Assembly: GCA_050273025.1 (NCBI GenBank) | Contig: CP158635.1 | Coordinates: forward strand, 10,912,001 to 10,976,000 | Reading direction: 5' to 3' | Length of the DNA stretch: 64,000 nt | Source of the DNA: Cenococcum geophilum | Taxonomy: Eukaryota | Shown here: positions 1-12,599 of the stretch, in pieces | Position numbering within the stretch: the stretch's first letter is position 1 | Layout of the letters: each line of letters opens with the position of its first letter | The notes under the pieces: model-generated | Databases searched by the model: none | What the model saw: the letters and a program-made list of their open reading frames with translations, nothing else | What the model was told of the DNA's origin: nothing | Made by a program: the position numbers and the translations under genes

Positions 1-720
1 ATTATATCTAATACGCTCTACTTAGTTTAAGGTTCTTATAGATAAATAGGAGGAGCTTTTAGAGCGTTTAAATAAGCTGCTAGCAGCTAAGAGTATACCC
101 TAGGTGGCTACTAAAGTCCTTAATTAGCGTATAATACAAGCCGTTAGGAAAGCCCATTGTTAGTTTTATTATATTATAGTTAGAACACTTATACTAACTT
201 AGGTTTTAGCTTTATTAAATATAGCGTCTAAGGAGGAAGTAAGCAAATCGACTAATTAACCCTAGGCATTAACTAAGTAATATAATCCTATAAGAGATAT
301 AGGCCCTACAAGACGTAAGAGTAGAGGGGCGTCGTTTAAAAAGGTTGTTTTAGTTTTCTAAGTAGTTTATATATTAACGCTAGTAGCGCCCCCACTTCTA
401 AGTCTTCTTACTTAAGGAGGCTTATTTATACCGGACTTTATTAAAGAGATTAGGCTTTTAAAGGGTTAATAGGGAGATAAGGAGCTAGATAGAAAACGTT
501 TATATTAATCTCTAATGTTAACATATACGGTTATAGCCAAGATACGCACGCAGACAATATGCCTCGTTTTGCTACTATATACCTTATAGCACCCATCTTA
601 TATACTATACAAATGATATAAACCGGCGATCAATATATAGGCTATAAGACGCGTCATAGACGAAATGGCATATACCCCACGACTTAACTCCCTCCTATTT
701 ATTAATATAAGACGTATATT

Positions 721-967
721 TAGCTCCTATGTATAACTAGAACCGAAACTAAGCCCCGGTATATAGCCCTATACTTTAAGCCTATTACTTAGCTTGGACT
801 TAAGAGGATATTAGTATAATCTAGCACTCTAGTACTTACTAGCTTAGCTATCCAAACGCCTCTATACCCGCAATGGCCCGCTAATGAATTTTTTTATAGG
901 TAATTAGCGTTTCGTTCTCGTTTTCTAGGTTATTTAACGCCCCCGATTTTAGACCTACGTATACTTT
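721..967 (+). repeat. ~250-bp dispersed repeat, copy 1 (copy 2 at 27992-28240)
   Basis: Colinear match by eye, e.g. aagcctattacttagctt..gaggatattagtataatctagcactctag in both copies. Confidence 0.85.
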
Positions 968-1647
968 CGCATAAATCTCTTCACTCTTTAACATTTTTAG
1001 TCTTTTAATTTATCTAAGTTAAGGTTAAGGATATAGTATACAGTTAATCAAAAACAGTTATACGCTTAGCTCTAAGAATACTCCTCTAGCGTTTCTAACA
1101 TCTATAAAATCGTATCCCTAGTAATATATTCCGTGTATAATATATAGAACAATTGCTAGTCTTTATATATAAGTTTTTATAGCTTTATATATTATAGCTA
1201 ATCTAGCTTTTAACGCTAAAATAGAGTAAAATTAGCAACAACTAAAAGAAGGAATTCAAAAGACAACGCGGCATTATTTACTCTTATTTTAAAGACTATA
1301 AGTTAATAACGGATAATAAAGAAGATAAGGCTTTTTAAAACCTTATTAATTACTATAACACTTATAACAATCTAGAGAAAGTTTAATATTTAAAGGAGAT
1401 ACTACTTAACCTTAATTAGGGTAAGACTTAATAAGAGATGCTTACCAAGAAAATATTATAAAAAGGATAGGAGATATTAAAATATAGAATTTAAATATAC
1501 TATAGGCCTTAAGAAGCTCCTGGATATAACTTAGTAATAGCATAGCAGTGCTTAATAGATAATCTCCCCCGTTATAGCTAAATGTATAATATAACTTTTA
1601 TTTATCCTCTAATTAACGCCTAGTATATAAATAGGATATTAATAGGT

Positions 1648-2186
1648 AAGCTAGGCGATCCTATAAGCTGGGTAATTATATAAGCTAGGTAATTATACGA
1701 GCTAGGTAATTATACAAGCTAGATACTTATAGGAGCTAGCAAATCCTACGAGCTAGGTAATTATGCAAGCTAGGTAACCATATAAGCATAGTGCTTATAG
1801 GAGCTAGGTAATCCTACAAGCTAGGTAATTATGCGAGCTAGGCAATTATGCGAACTAGGTAATCGTGCGAGCTGGGCGATTGTGCGAGCTAGATGCTTAT
1901 GGGAGCTAGCAGATCCTACAAGCTAGGTAATCGTGCGAGCTAGGCAATCGTGTGAACTGGGTAATTGTGCGAGCCGGGTAATCGTGCGAGCCGGGTGATC
2001 GTGCGAACTAGGTAATCGTGCGAGCTGGGCGATCGTGCGAGCTAGGTGATTGTGCGAACTAGGTAATTATACAAGCTAGGCAATCGTGCGAGCTAGGTAA
2101 TCGTGCGAACTAGGTAATCGTGCGAGCTAGGCAATTATGCAAGCTAGGTAATCGTGCGAGCTAGGTAATTATATAAGCAGGGTAAT
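1648..2186. repeat. 17-bp tandem minisatellite (consensus GAGCTAGGTAATCGTGC), about 30 units
   Basis: Head-to-tail units visible directly, varying mostly by C/T and G/A transitions; bracketed by a ~30-bp direct repeat (1606-1636 and 2199-2228). Confidence 0.9.
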
Positions 2187-2599
2187 CTAACTTAGCGCCC
2201 TCTATTAACGCCTAGCATATAAATAGGAAGTAAATATTAGGAAAATACTAGAACTATAAAAAAAAAGAAATATATAAGTCCTAGATCTAGAAATATTAAA
2301 GAAGTTCCTATATATGGACTTTATAACGACTTAAAGCCCCCTTATATATACTTAGAGAAGTTTATATATAAACAGCCCTATAAGCGTAGCTATAAGTCTA
2401 AGCCCCCTTACGTAACTTAACTACCCCTCCCTACTATACCGGGATAGGTAAATAACCGCTATATACTATAAGTAGAGAAATAATTTAAATAAAAAAAAAT
2501 ACTATAAAATAATATATTTATATCCTTAAGATATAAATCAATAAGTACCGTAGTCTTAAATATAACTAATAGTTACTAAGGTAGCATACGTCCTAGGTC

Positions 2600-3760
2600 T
2601 ATAAGAAATTTAAAAAATCCTAGGTTGTTAGCATAGATTTACCTTACTTATTGCTTTTAAGGTAGTAAATAAATTTATCTAAGTGAAAGTATAGATTATC
2701 GCAAATACTTTATAGCTCGCTATAAGTCAAGCGGGTAGAGACTTTAGTGGGAATAGTGAAATATTGTTTTATTTCGCGATAGGCTAAATAAAGAGAGGCT
2801 AAAGTTTTAACCCTTTTACCAGCTTTTATTAGAACTTTTCTTTATATTTTTATCCTTTACTTATAGATTTAAGACTATAAAGTCAAGGCTACTGTATTTA
2901 ACCGTCGCCTATATAGCCTTATCGCTTAACACCTCTTTATTACCATCTGCCCCTATTTCTTAATCTTTAGTACTAAAACCATTTTCTTTGCTGTATAATG
3001 TCTCTGCGTTCTATTCTTGATCCTTATTACTAAAGTTACTTTCGCAACTAGTTTACGCCTTTAGGTCGCTATTGTTATCTCTAAAGTTAGTTTCTCTATC
3101 TATAAATGCCTACTTAGTAGCTAGCAATTTAGGGATAGTATACTTATAGGTACTTAAGGGTTGCGGGATACTACTTAAGGAGTTATGGTTAATGCTGCTG
3201 GGATATAAAATATATCTGTAGACCTCTAAGTACTGGCTGCTTAGCGCCTTAAGTAAAAGATCTCCCCTAACGTAAGGCAGATTAATAGAAGTTAATTGCC
3301 GCCTATATAAGGCGGAGCGCTTATAAAGGGCTTAGCCAGAATGCCAATTAAACCATCCCGCAGGCACTAATAGCTCCTTTATTATAGATGGGGGGTTAAT
3401 ATATAAGATTAACTGGCTAGGATAAGTCTACTACTTAGGCAGTGTCTTGCCCTAGGAAGAATTGGCGTCAGAAGTAGATTATATAATACTATTTCTACTA
3501 AGAGAGGCGTTATTAGGGGTTATTATTAACTTCTAATTCTAGTTTATAACTTTATATAAACACTTCTAAACCCTACTAAGGCATACGGCGTCCGTTGGGG
3601 ATCATTAGCCTTTTAAATTCAGTAACAGCTTAGCTAATAGCTACTCCTAATAATGCCTTACTTGCGGATCACTTTAGGCACCTATAGTCTTAGGCGTAGA
3701 TAATACCTAAGCTAAGAGTAATTATAGCTACTAAATATTGTACTACAGACACTATATAAA
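2600..3760 (-). pseudogene. RIP-degraded unknown protein gene
   Basis: Minus frame reads as continuous protein if TAA/TAG are read as Gln/Trp (e.g. DPQVRHYQEQLLAKLLLNLKG); no family recognised; ends approximate. Confidence 0.3.
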
Positions 3761-3999
3761 GTGGAAAGGGGCGGCTAGTGTGCTTTACCTTTCCCTTTTA
3801 CCTTTTATCCTAACTCTGCCTTAGGAGAGAAATGGAATATAAATGTTATACTCCTAGTTCTTATATACCATTAATTTGACTTACCTTTAAATCTAACCTT
3901 TTAACTATATATCTCTTACCATCTTTATAAGAATACTAGACATTATATATGTTACCTTAACTAAGCTTAGATATATTGCTAACATAACCTATAGGTCCT

Positions 4000-5170
4000 T
4001 AATTAGTGCTTATAAAAACATCACGATATACTATTGCCTTAAAGATAACATACCTAATTATTAACCTACTGGAAACCTTAAATTATTCTAGAATCGCATT
4101 AATAATAAAGACACGGCATCTAGTAGCGGGGAGGAGAAATAATTATAGCTTTCCGACCCTATGCAGAAACAGATACCTTATACGCCTACTTAAACACCTA
4201 ATGAGGCTAATTCTTATAAAAATAACAACAATACGAAGGGCGATATACAAGAGGATATGGTTTAGGGAGGTGTATAAAAAATATACCTTAATTATCTTAG
4301 GGGATTAGAAGGCTACGGTAAAACTAAAATAGACTTACCTAAGCTAATAGAGGACTATGGCGAGGCTAAGATAGACTTGCCTTAACTAAAAGAGAACTAT
4401 GTTAAAGGCTTATTCTAGTAGATAAATACAGTTATAGGTTTTAAATATATTTCGCCGGTACCTAGAGGTATATTTATAAGACACCTATATTATTTAGCAA
4501 TACTAATAATTAAGCAGAGAATGGTTTAGTCCCTATATATCCATCTAAAGTGTTAATAATTTCCGATGCTAAGATTTTAAGCGGATAAGTAAAGTATCTT
4601 ATATCCTGGTTACCTACTTATTATATAATAAAGGATATAACACGTCTCCGAAACCCTAGTTATAGAGAAATTATATCTTTATACGGTCCTATTACAGTAA
4701 TATACTAGTATCCTACCTAGGTTTTAGCGGTGGCTATACTGTAAAAGAAACTTTTATTATACTATACTAAGAATCCTCGTCACCTTCGCCGTTATGCTAA
4801 GATATATAAACCGCTTAAAGATGTTATAATTAAGATAGCTAAGAAGGGTAAACCGTATAAGTAAGGAGATTAACTAGGACAGTAGTAGATGTCCTTTACA
4901 CCTGCTTATATAACTAAGGAGGTTAACTCTTATAAAATCGGCGATAATACGGAGGGTAATATATAAGAGGATATGGAAATATACGCCAATTATCTCAAGA
5001 GCCTGGAAGGCCGTAGCGAAACTAAGATAGTCTTACCTAAGCTAATTAAGCAAAGAGACTAACCAGGAGAGGCGCTAGATGATTATTTAGAAGATCTATT
5101 AATAAGAGGGACACGTAAAAGAAAGGTGGATTATACTATAGATAGAGCCTCCAAGAAGCTAAAGAAATGA
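4000..5170 (+). pseudogene. RIP-degraded unknown protein gene with an internal repeat
   Basis: Motif NYL(R/K)(G/S)LEGxxxTKIxLPKLI occurs at about 4290 and about 4990; RIP-type stops in frame. Confidence 0.4.
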
Positions 5171-5807
5171 GAAATTTCTTATAAGAAAAGATTTTTATAA
5201 TTACGTTCTTGTTTTCTAGCGTTAAGAATTAAGGCGCCAATTAGGATTTCTTTAGCTTAGTATTATTTTTCTATCTAGTTGCTTCTATATTAAGAGTATC
5301 TTATTATTATTTATATATACGTTAAATTAAAGTTAAGAACTCGCTTATAGTAAGCTTATAAGTCCTCTACCTTTATATACTTAGTAGCAATAAGTTAGCC
5401 ACCCTATGACTTGCTTAGTCCTCTATAAAGAATTAAAGTTAAGGTATTAAAGTCTCTAGCGTTTTTATAGGTAACTAGGGTATAGGTTAACTCTAAATTT
5501 TATATTAATAAGGTGGGAATATTAAGGATAAATACCGGATATCTCTCTTAATATTAGCCTAAGTTATAACTCTAAAAATGGGATCTTGTTCTAAGAAGTA
5601 TATCCTATTCTAATTCTAAGCCAAACGTACTAAATATGGCCAAAAAGGTATAGCGTTAAGCTAAGCGGTTTAATGGTCTTGGAAGAAAGAAGCTATTTTT
5701 AGTTATAGCTTAAGTTACAATTCTAGGAATAGAATCTGATTCTAAAACTAGGATCCTAATTTAGGTTCACGAAGCAGACCAATTAACTGCTGTAAAAAGG
5801 GCGTAAT

Positions 5808-6017
5808 TGTTACGGCTCGTACAAATGCCTCTGAACCGAAGCTTGTAGAATGCTGTATTACGAAGATACTAAGCTAAAGAGAAGGAAAAGGGGTCGCCAG
5901 GACCGATGTAAACAAATATATAGGGTGAGCCGCCAAGGCGCTAGCTTTAGGCGGGCCAATCGCAGGTTGGCAGAATATAGCAGAATTTGGCAGGTAACGT
6001 ACAATAGCGCCGTTACA
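5808..6017 (-). repeat. 3' LTR of Gypsy element 1
   Basis: TGTTAC...GTTACA ends; adjacent polypurine tract on the minus strand. Confidence 0.95.
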
Positions 6018-9000
6018 TCACCCCCCTCTTTAAAAGAAAGCCTACCCTTAGGCTTAGTTAGAAAAAATAGGGTAGTACTAGGCTTATAAACGTAGGATTA
6101 TAAAAATATAAGATAAGGAAATAAAGGGGATATGAGTCCGTCCTAACTAAGTATAAAGGGCGATTGTAGGCTAAGTGGAAGCACTAGGCTAGAAAGAGTA
6201 GCCGCTAAAAGTCTTAGTACGGATCTGACTAATTAGACAACTTTAACCGGCGGTCAAAGTTTCTAGACATCTAAAATTTTACGGTACTAGCAGAAAACGG
6301 CAGAATATGGCAGAATTTGGCGGACAGCTGTATTAGGGCTTTAGGGCGTTTTTGTCCCTATATTCTTCCGGTAACTTATTATCTTTATTATACTAGCATT
6401 TTATTTATTCGTCTAGGTACTTTAGGGGTTTAGGCGCATTAGGGTATTAGTTATAGAATTCTTTAAGCTTCTGGGGGCAGCCTATAAAGTTCTACATAGG
6501 GTACTAGGTTGGGTCAGGATCGTAGCCCTTTTATTAGATACGGTATTTTAGCGCTCCCCGTACTATCTTATAGGCCAGTATTTTGTTAACCTCCTATTTA
6601 TTATTACCGTTTACTTAAACTAGTAGGGGAGGCTTATTCTTTTATCTAGGTAATAGGTCGTTTATAGCTTTCCGTAACTTATCTAGTAAAAAAATAGGGT
6701 AAACCCTAATTAAGTCTGGGAGCTTTATCTTATACAAGTTACCTATCTTCTTAAGAACCTTATACGGTCCTACCATCTAGTAGTCCAGCTTATAGCTAGG
6801 TTGTTCAGTCCTCTAATTCCTTGTTATAACCTAGACTATATCGCTAGGGGCAAAATCGGGCTCTTAACGGTGTTTGTTCGCCTACTATTCCATTAACCTT
6901 TAAGCTTTTTCTAGGTTCTCGCGGGCTACCATCTAGGCCTCCTCTAATCGTTTAGCGTACTATTGGGCCTTAGTATAGGATAGCTTCTCTTATATAGTCT
7001 AGGGTTCTTCTAGCCTTTTCTAGTCAAAGCTTATGCGGGGTAAGTATCCTATTTCTAGCTAAATTGGGGCAAACCCTGTAGAGTCGTGGGGTAGGGTTGC
7101 TTGCGTGTAGTCTATTAAGGGTAGTAGTTTAGACTAGTTATCCTAGAAATAGTTAATAAAGGGCCTAAGCCTCTGGTCCAGGTACTAATTTATAATCTCT
7201 ATCTAACCGTCTATCTAGAGGTAATAAGCCATAGAAAGCTTTAGCTTAATGCCTAGGATCTAGGTAAACTTATTCTAGAAGGCCGATATAAACTATAGCC
7301 TATAATCGGACATAATAGTATCTGGTAGTCCGTAGATTTAGTAGACGTAATAGATATATAGCCGGGCTACCTCTTTGGTATTAATATTCTTATAACATAG
7401 AATTAAAAACGGGCGTTTACTAAAGCGGTTAACTATAACTATAACTATATCGTATCCGTTACGGTCCCTAGGTAGTTTGTAGAAGTCTATAGAGATATAC
7501 TGCTAAGGGCGCTCTAGTATTAGGAGTGGCTTAAGTAGTCCTAGGGTCTTATTCTGTGGGATTATAGCTCTCTAGCAGTCTTCGCAGTTCTGTATATATT
7601 AATTAATATCCACAACCATTCTTAGCTAGTAGTAGCGGCAGTTAATGATTTTATAGGTCTTGTTCTTACTAGGGTATGCCGTAGAGACTTGGCAATAAGC
7701 TTCGCGGATTAGTTTAGTTTATAGATTATTAACGTTAGGGACTATAAGCCGCTCCTGGTATAGGAGTAATCCTTCCTCCGTCTTAAAATTGGGGTTTTCT
7801 TTTACGGCTTGTTCGCGGAGGGCCCTTAAGGCGTTAGCCGTGCGGTTTGTAGTTAGGAGGCGGTTAATTAGCCCTATTAGTTTATTTAAGGACTCCTCTA
7901 TTAGTGCTAGCTCGTTTTGCTAGAAGTCTAGCTCCTTAAAGATTTATAGGTTAAGCTATTCTAGATAGAGGAGGGCGCGCGTCCAATATTGGGTCTTTAG
8001 CTTATCCTAGGGTCCTATATCTTATTCTCTTCGGGTTAGGGCATTAGCCTTAGAGTTTTACTTATTAGAACAATATATAATTATAAAGAAGAATTAGGAG
8101 AGTATTTTAGCCTACTAGGCTTGTCGCCTTATAAGCTGCTTTATAGTTATAAAGTACTTTAGGGCTTTATAATCTGTATATATCTTAATCTAGAAGTTTA
8201 TACCTTTAAGCTCTACGCGCTATTAAGAGAGTAATTAAATAATAGCTAGTATTTCTTTATTGTGTACTTTATAGTTATACTTAGCTAGGTTTATTGTCTT
8301 TAAGAAAAAAGCTATAGGGTACTATTTGCCGTCTAGATATAACTATAATAGGATTCCCGCTACGACCCTATTAGAGGCGTCTATTTCTAGTATTAATTTA
8401 AGGTCTAGGTTATAGTAATAAAGGATTAGGGAAGAGATAAGCCGATCCTTTACCTCTTTAAAGGCCTCCCTATAGCTATTATTAAAGACAAAAGGTGTAT
8501 CCTTCCTGGTTAGTCGTATAAGAGGTTTTACCACAATTCCGTAGTTACGGATGAACCGGCGGTAGAAATTATAAAAACTAAGGAAGGACTGGATTCCTTT
8601 TACTATATAAGGGGGCTTCTAGTTACGGATTGCCTCTACCTTCTTAGGGTTAACCTTAATTCCTTCTATAGTTACGATAAACCCGAGGTATTTTATATGT
8701 TTTACCCTAAACTCGCATTTCTTAATGTTGACTTATAAGCCCGCGTTCCGTAGTCTCTCTAGGACCTTCTTAATATAAACTTAATACTTAAGTTCGTCGT
8801 CTGAGTATATAAGAATGTTATCTAGGTATGCCGTATAGAATTTGTTAAGGTAATTAAAAAGAACGTTATTTATATACCTTTGGTACGTAGCCGGTCCGTT
8901 TATTAGTCTAAAAGGAAGAACTTTGTATTTATAGGAACTATAGTAGGTACGGAATGTTATTAAATCTTTGGATGTAGGGTTTATCCTAATTTGGTAGAAA

Positions 9001-11784
9001 GCTTAGCGGATATTAAGTTTAGTAAAGATCTTTGCCTAGCTTAGACGTGTAAGGGTCTTGTTAATTAAAGGAATAGGATACCGGTCCTTTTAAGTAATAG
9101 CGTTTAGCTTCTAATAGTCGATATAAAAACGAAGGCCTTTATTAGGCTTTTTTATGAATAGGATAGGGGAAGTAAAAGGGGCTTAACTTGGCTTAATAAA
9201 CCCTTTATCTAGGTTGTTAATTAAGTACTACTTTGTTGCTTTTAGCTTATCCGTTAATTAATGGTAGAGGGGGTTATAGCCTAGCGAGTTATTGGCCTCT
9301 AATTGAATCTTGTGATTGTACGTCCGGTGGGGGGGTAACTTATTTAAGGCCGCCTTTAAGAATGCATCCTTGTAGCCTATATAAATGGTAGGAAGGAGGC
9401 GTTTAACTAGTTCCTCGTTGGTTTCCTTATCTAGCCTTTCCTCTTTATTATTAATAATTTAGTTAATTTTATATAGGCTTATTATAAAGACCTTATTGTC
9501 CTTTTGGTATATATTAAAGTGGAACACTATAGCGCTAATTACGGCGATATTTATAATAGGGGGGTTAACTAATAATAGGGGTATATGTGACTTTAGGGAC
9601 TTCCGGGGTACTGGCGTTATTATTACTTCTTTTAGCTCCTATTGCATCTTTCGGAGGTTATCCCTTATATCCTATTAATACGTTCTTTTCTATAACGGTT
9701 AGATCTGTGCGATTTAGACGTTATCTATATTATTATCTGTCCCGCTTTTATATGTAGAGTTCTCTCTAAATATAGCGCTTTGGGAGAGTATCTTTATTAG
9801 TACGGAGTTCTTTCCAGCTTCGCGGCGGGCGTCCTCTTAGGTAAAGGCTAGGTTATGGGCCTAGATATCCTACTAGTAGGTAGGGTTAGCCCTTGCGGCT
9901 AGTGTCTTGTGGTTAGTTCGGATCTCCTTAATAAAGGAGGGTAACCTTAGTTTATCCTCCGGCTAGACAAACCGTCTTTTTTGCATGTTTAGCCAAATAT
10001 TAAAATAGGATATCTATTTTTGTTTAAGGATTATGTTATAGGACCCTAGGTCTAGGATGTAAAAGGGGATACTATATTGGCGTCGTCCGTTAAGAGCGAT
10101 ATATAACTTTAAGACGTGGGTAACGGGCTAACCGGCTTGGCCGTTATAGCCCTTTACCTAGATAGGCTTCTTTAGTTGGATGGCTTCTATATTTAGAAAC
10201 TTGGCAATATTATTTATATAGGCAGTATTTATAAAGGCAAAGCTATTTACTCTAGTATTAATAAGGGCGGTTATATTAACTCTATATCCATTTTGAGATA
10301 CTATATATAAAACTGTAAAATGCTTTCTACCTATTAACTAACTGAGATTAATCTCTTTGAGATCGATAGGGTACCCTAGGGGGGAGTCTTTCCCTAGGGT
10401 TCTTCTTTTTTTAACTTATTAGACGTTTCTCCTTCCTCTATCTCCTTAATATCGCCTATATCCTTTAGCTCCGGGCAGGATGAGGTAAAGTGACCTTACT
10501 TATTATAGTTAAAGTATATAGCCGAGGTAGGGTTGATCGGAGTATTATAGCGAATACTAGTTAATGGCGTGGTATATAGCTAGTTAGGTAAGGCTTGCTA
10601 GGGCGTAGTTGTAACCGCCTTTAGTATAAGAGTAGTTATAACTTATCTTCTTGCTCTAGCTTCTATAGGTGTAGCTGGCAAGTTCTAATTGTTATGGAGT
10701 TGCTTCTGCTAATTAGGGCGGGCGTTAATCCGCTTTAGTTCTAAGTCTAATAATAGGTAATAAGCTATAAGTCTTTCGTAGGTTAGTAGGTTATTTAAGG
10801 TTATAGTAATCTTTTCTTATAGCCGGATTATTAGCTTATTATATAGGTCTAATTGGTAGTTCTTAAGGGGAACCTAGCCTTCTCCTGTAAGGTATAGGAA
10901 TTAAGTCTAGAATTTGGCAAAGGGTTAGTTTAATTTTATTATTAGGTGATTATAGTTATAATGGGCATCCTGTACTTTGTTTGGGTTAATATAAATAGCC
11001 GCTAGGTGCTATATTATTTTATTAATAGATATAAATCGGATAGGGGAGTCGTCCTTAAACTTGGCTTAAAGGTGCCGTTAGGCGTCCCCAGTGGTTTAAC
11101 TAAAGAGGTAGAGTATTTTGGCTTCTTTAGAAAGGAAATGGTTATAGTTAATACGGAGCTTTCCTTATACTTAAATCCTCTAATTCTTAAAGGTAGGGTC
11201 TATCCCGTTAGATAGTGGTGGGGGGTTAGGGAGCTTAACGGACTTTAATTACTTCGTTATTATATCTGTACTCCCTAGTATATTATATTTAGTAGAGTAA
11301 ATAGGTCGGCTAGGGCTTTAAGAAGGGGAAGCTGGGCTATTTTATAGGGCCGTAAGGCTTTCTAGGATCTCTTATAGGGTCTCTTGTATATTTCTTGCTT
11401 TAAGACAATCGGCTTCCTGGCTGGCTGTAAGGGCGCGAATCTGCTCGCGTATGTCTATAATATTATTATTGTCTTTGATTTCTAATCCCAATTAGATCTT
11501 AGGTTCCTCTTAGGTAGAGGCAGCTCTCTTAAATAAGCTTGCTTTAGGTGCCATTGTTAGCTTCCTAAGGTTCGTCGGTATTATACGCTTTAGTTTTAAT
11601 TCTGGGGGTATAGGTCTAGTCCTATTTAGCTTATAAGGTAGGATATTATCTAGGCCTTCCCAGGTAATATAGAGTTATTTTGGTGTCTAAGTATAGCGCG
11701 TTAATACGTCGTTGTAGACAAAGTTTCTTTGGGGTGGGATATTATTAAGGCCTTCTCAGGCAAGGTAGGGAGAGCTTAGTATAA

Positions 11785-11994
11785 TGTTACGGCTTGTATA
11801 AATGCCTCTAAACCGAAGCTTGTAGAATGCTATATTACAAAAATACTAAGCTAAAAAGAAGGAAAAGGGGTCGCTAGGACCGATGTAAATAAATATATAG
11901 GGTAAGCCGCCAAGGCGCTAGCTTTAGGCGGGCTAATTATAGGTCGGCAGAATATGGTAGAATTTAGCAGGTAACGTGCGATAGCGCCGTTATA
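11785..11994 (-). repeat. 5' LTR of Gypsy element 1
   Basis: Colinear with 5808-6017; the differences seen are transitions; terminal CA changed to TA. Confidence 0.95.
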
Positions 11995-12599
11995 GTAATC
12001 CTAAAAAAGGATCTAGTTCTAAGAACCAGATCCTAGTTACGGGAAATAAGTTAATTAAGCGCTATAAAATAGGGTTGGCTATATCTATATTTGGCATATT
12101 AGGTTTAGCTTATTTTAGGATTAGCTATATAATTGATTGTAGGTACTTATATAACTAACCTAATAATTAACCCGCTATTGCCAGCTATACCTTACCTAGC
12201 GCCTTTTAGCATTACTACATTAAAGCCTTACTCTATTTAAGCCTTACGCGTTATAGAACAAACTAAAAGCTAATAACTACGATTACTAATAAATGCTACC
12301 TATAACTTTCCACTTTAGGTTATTATGGCTTAGTATTTAACTAAGCCCCACAAAGCCTTAGTCTAAGCCACGTTAGATTAGCTTAACTTTTCCACGCCTA
12401 ACCTTTAAATCCTCCTTACGTTCCGCTCGCACCTTACTTTCTTTCCTCCCTCGCTATTCCCTTATTTTAAGACGCGCCTAATATATATTCAACCTCCCTG
12501 CACTTATTTACTTCTCTACTATTATACCGTCCTTATATACTGGCCTCTTAATCTCCTCTTACCTGCCTATTCGCCTACTACGTCGGCCCTCCTAATATA

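Larger units (their letters stand above)
5808..11994 (-). mobile_element. Full-length Ty3/Gypsy chromovirus LTR retrotransposon, RIP-inactivated
   Basis: 210-bp LTRs at 5808-6017 and 11785-11994; 5-bp TSD GTAAT (5803-5807, 11995-11999); PPT next to 6018; RT motif AYLDN(D)ILIYS about 8810-8840; RNase H, integrase and C-terminal chromodomain (about 6400-6600); gag zinc knuckle about 10470-10520. Confidence 0.96.

Noticed and set aside
1648..2186. CRISPR-like array
   Set aside because: Units are contiguous with no unique spacers, no cas genes are present and the DNA is eukaryotic.
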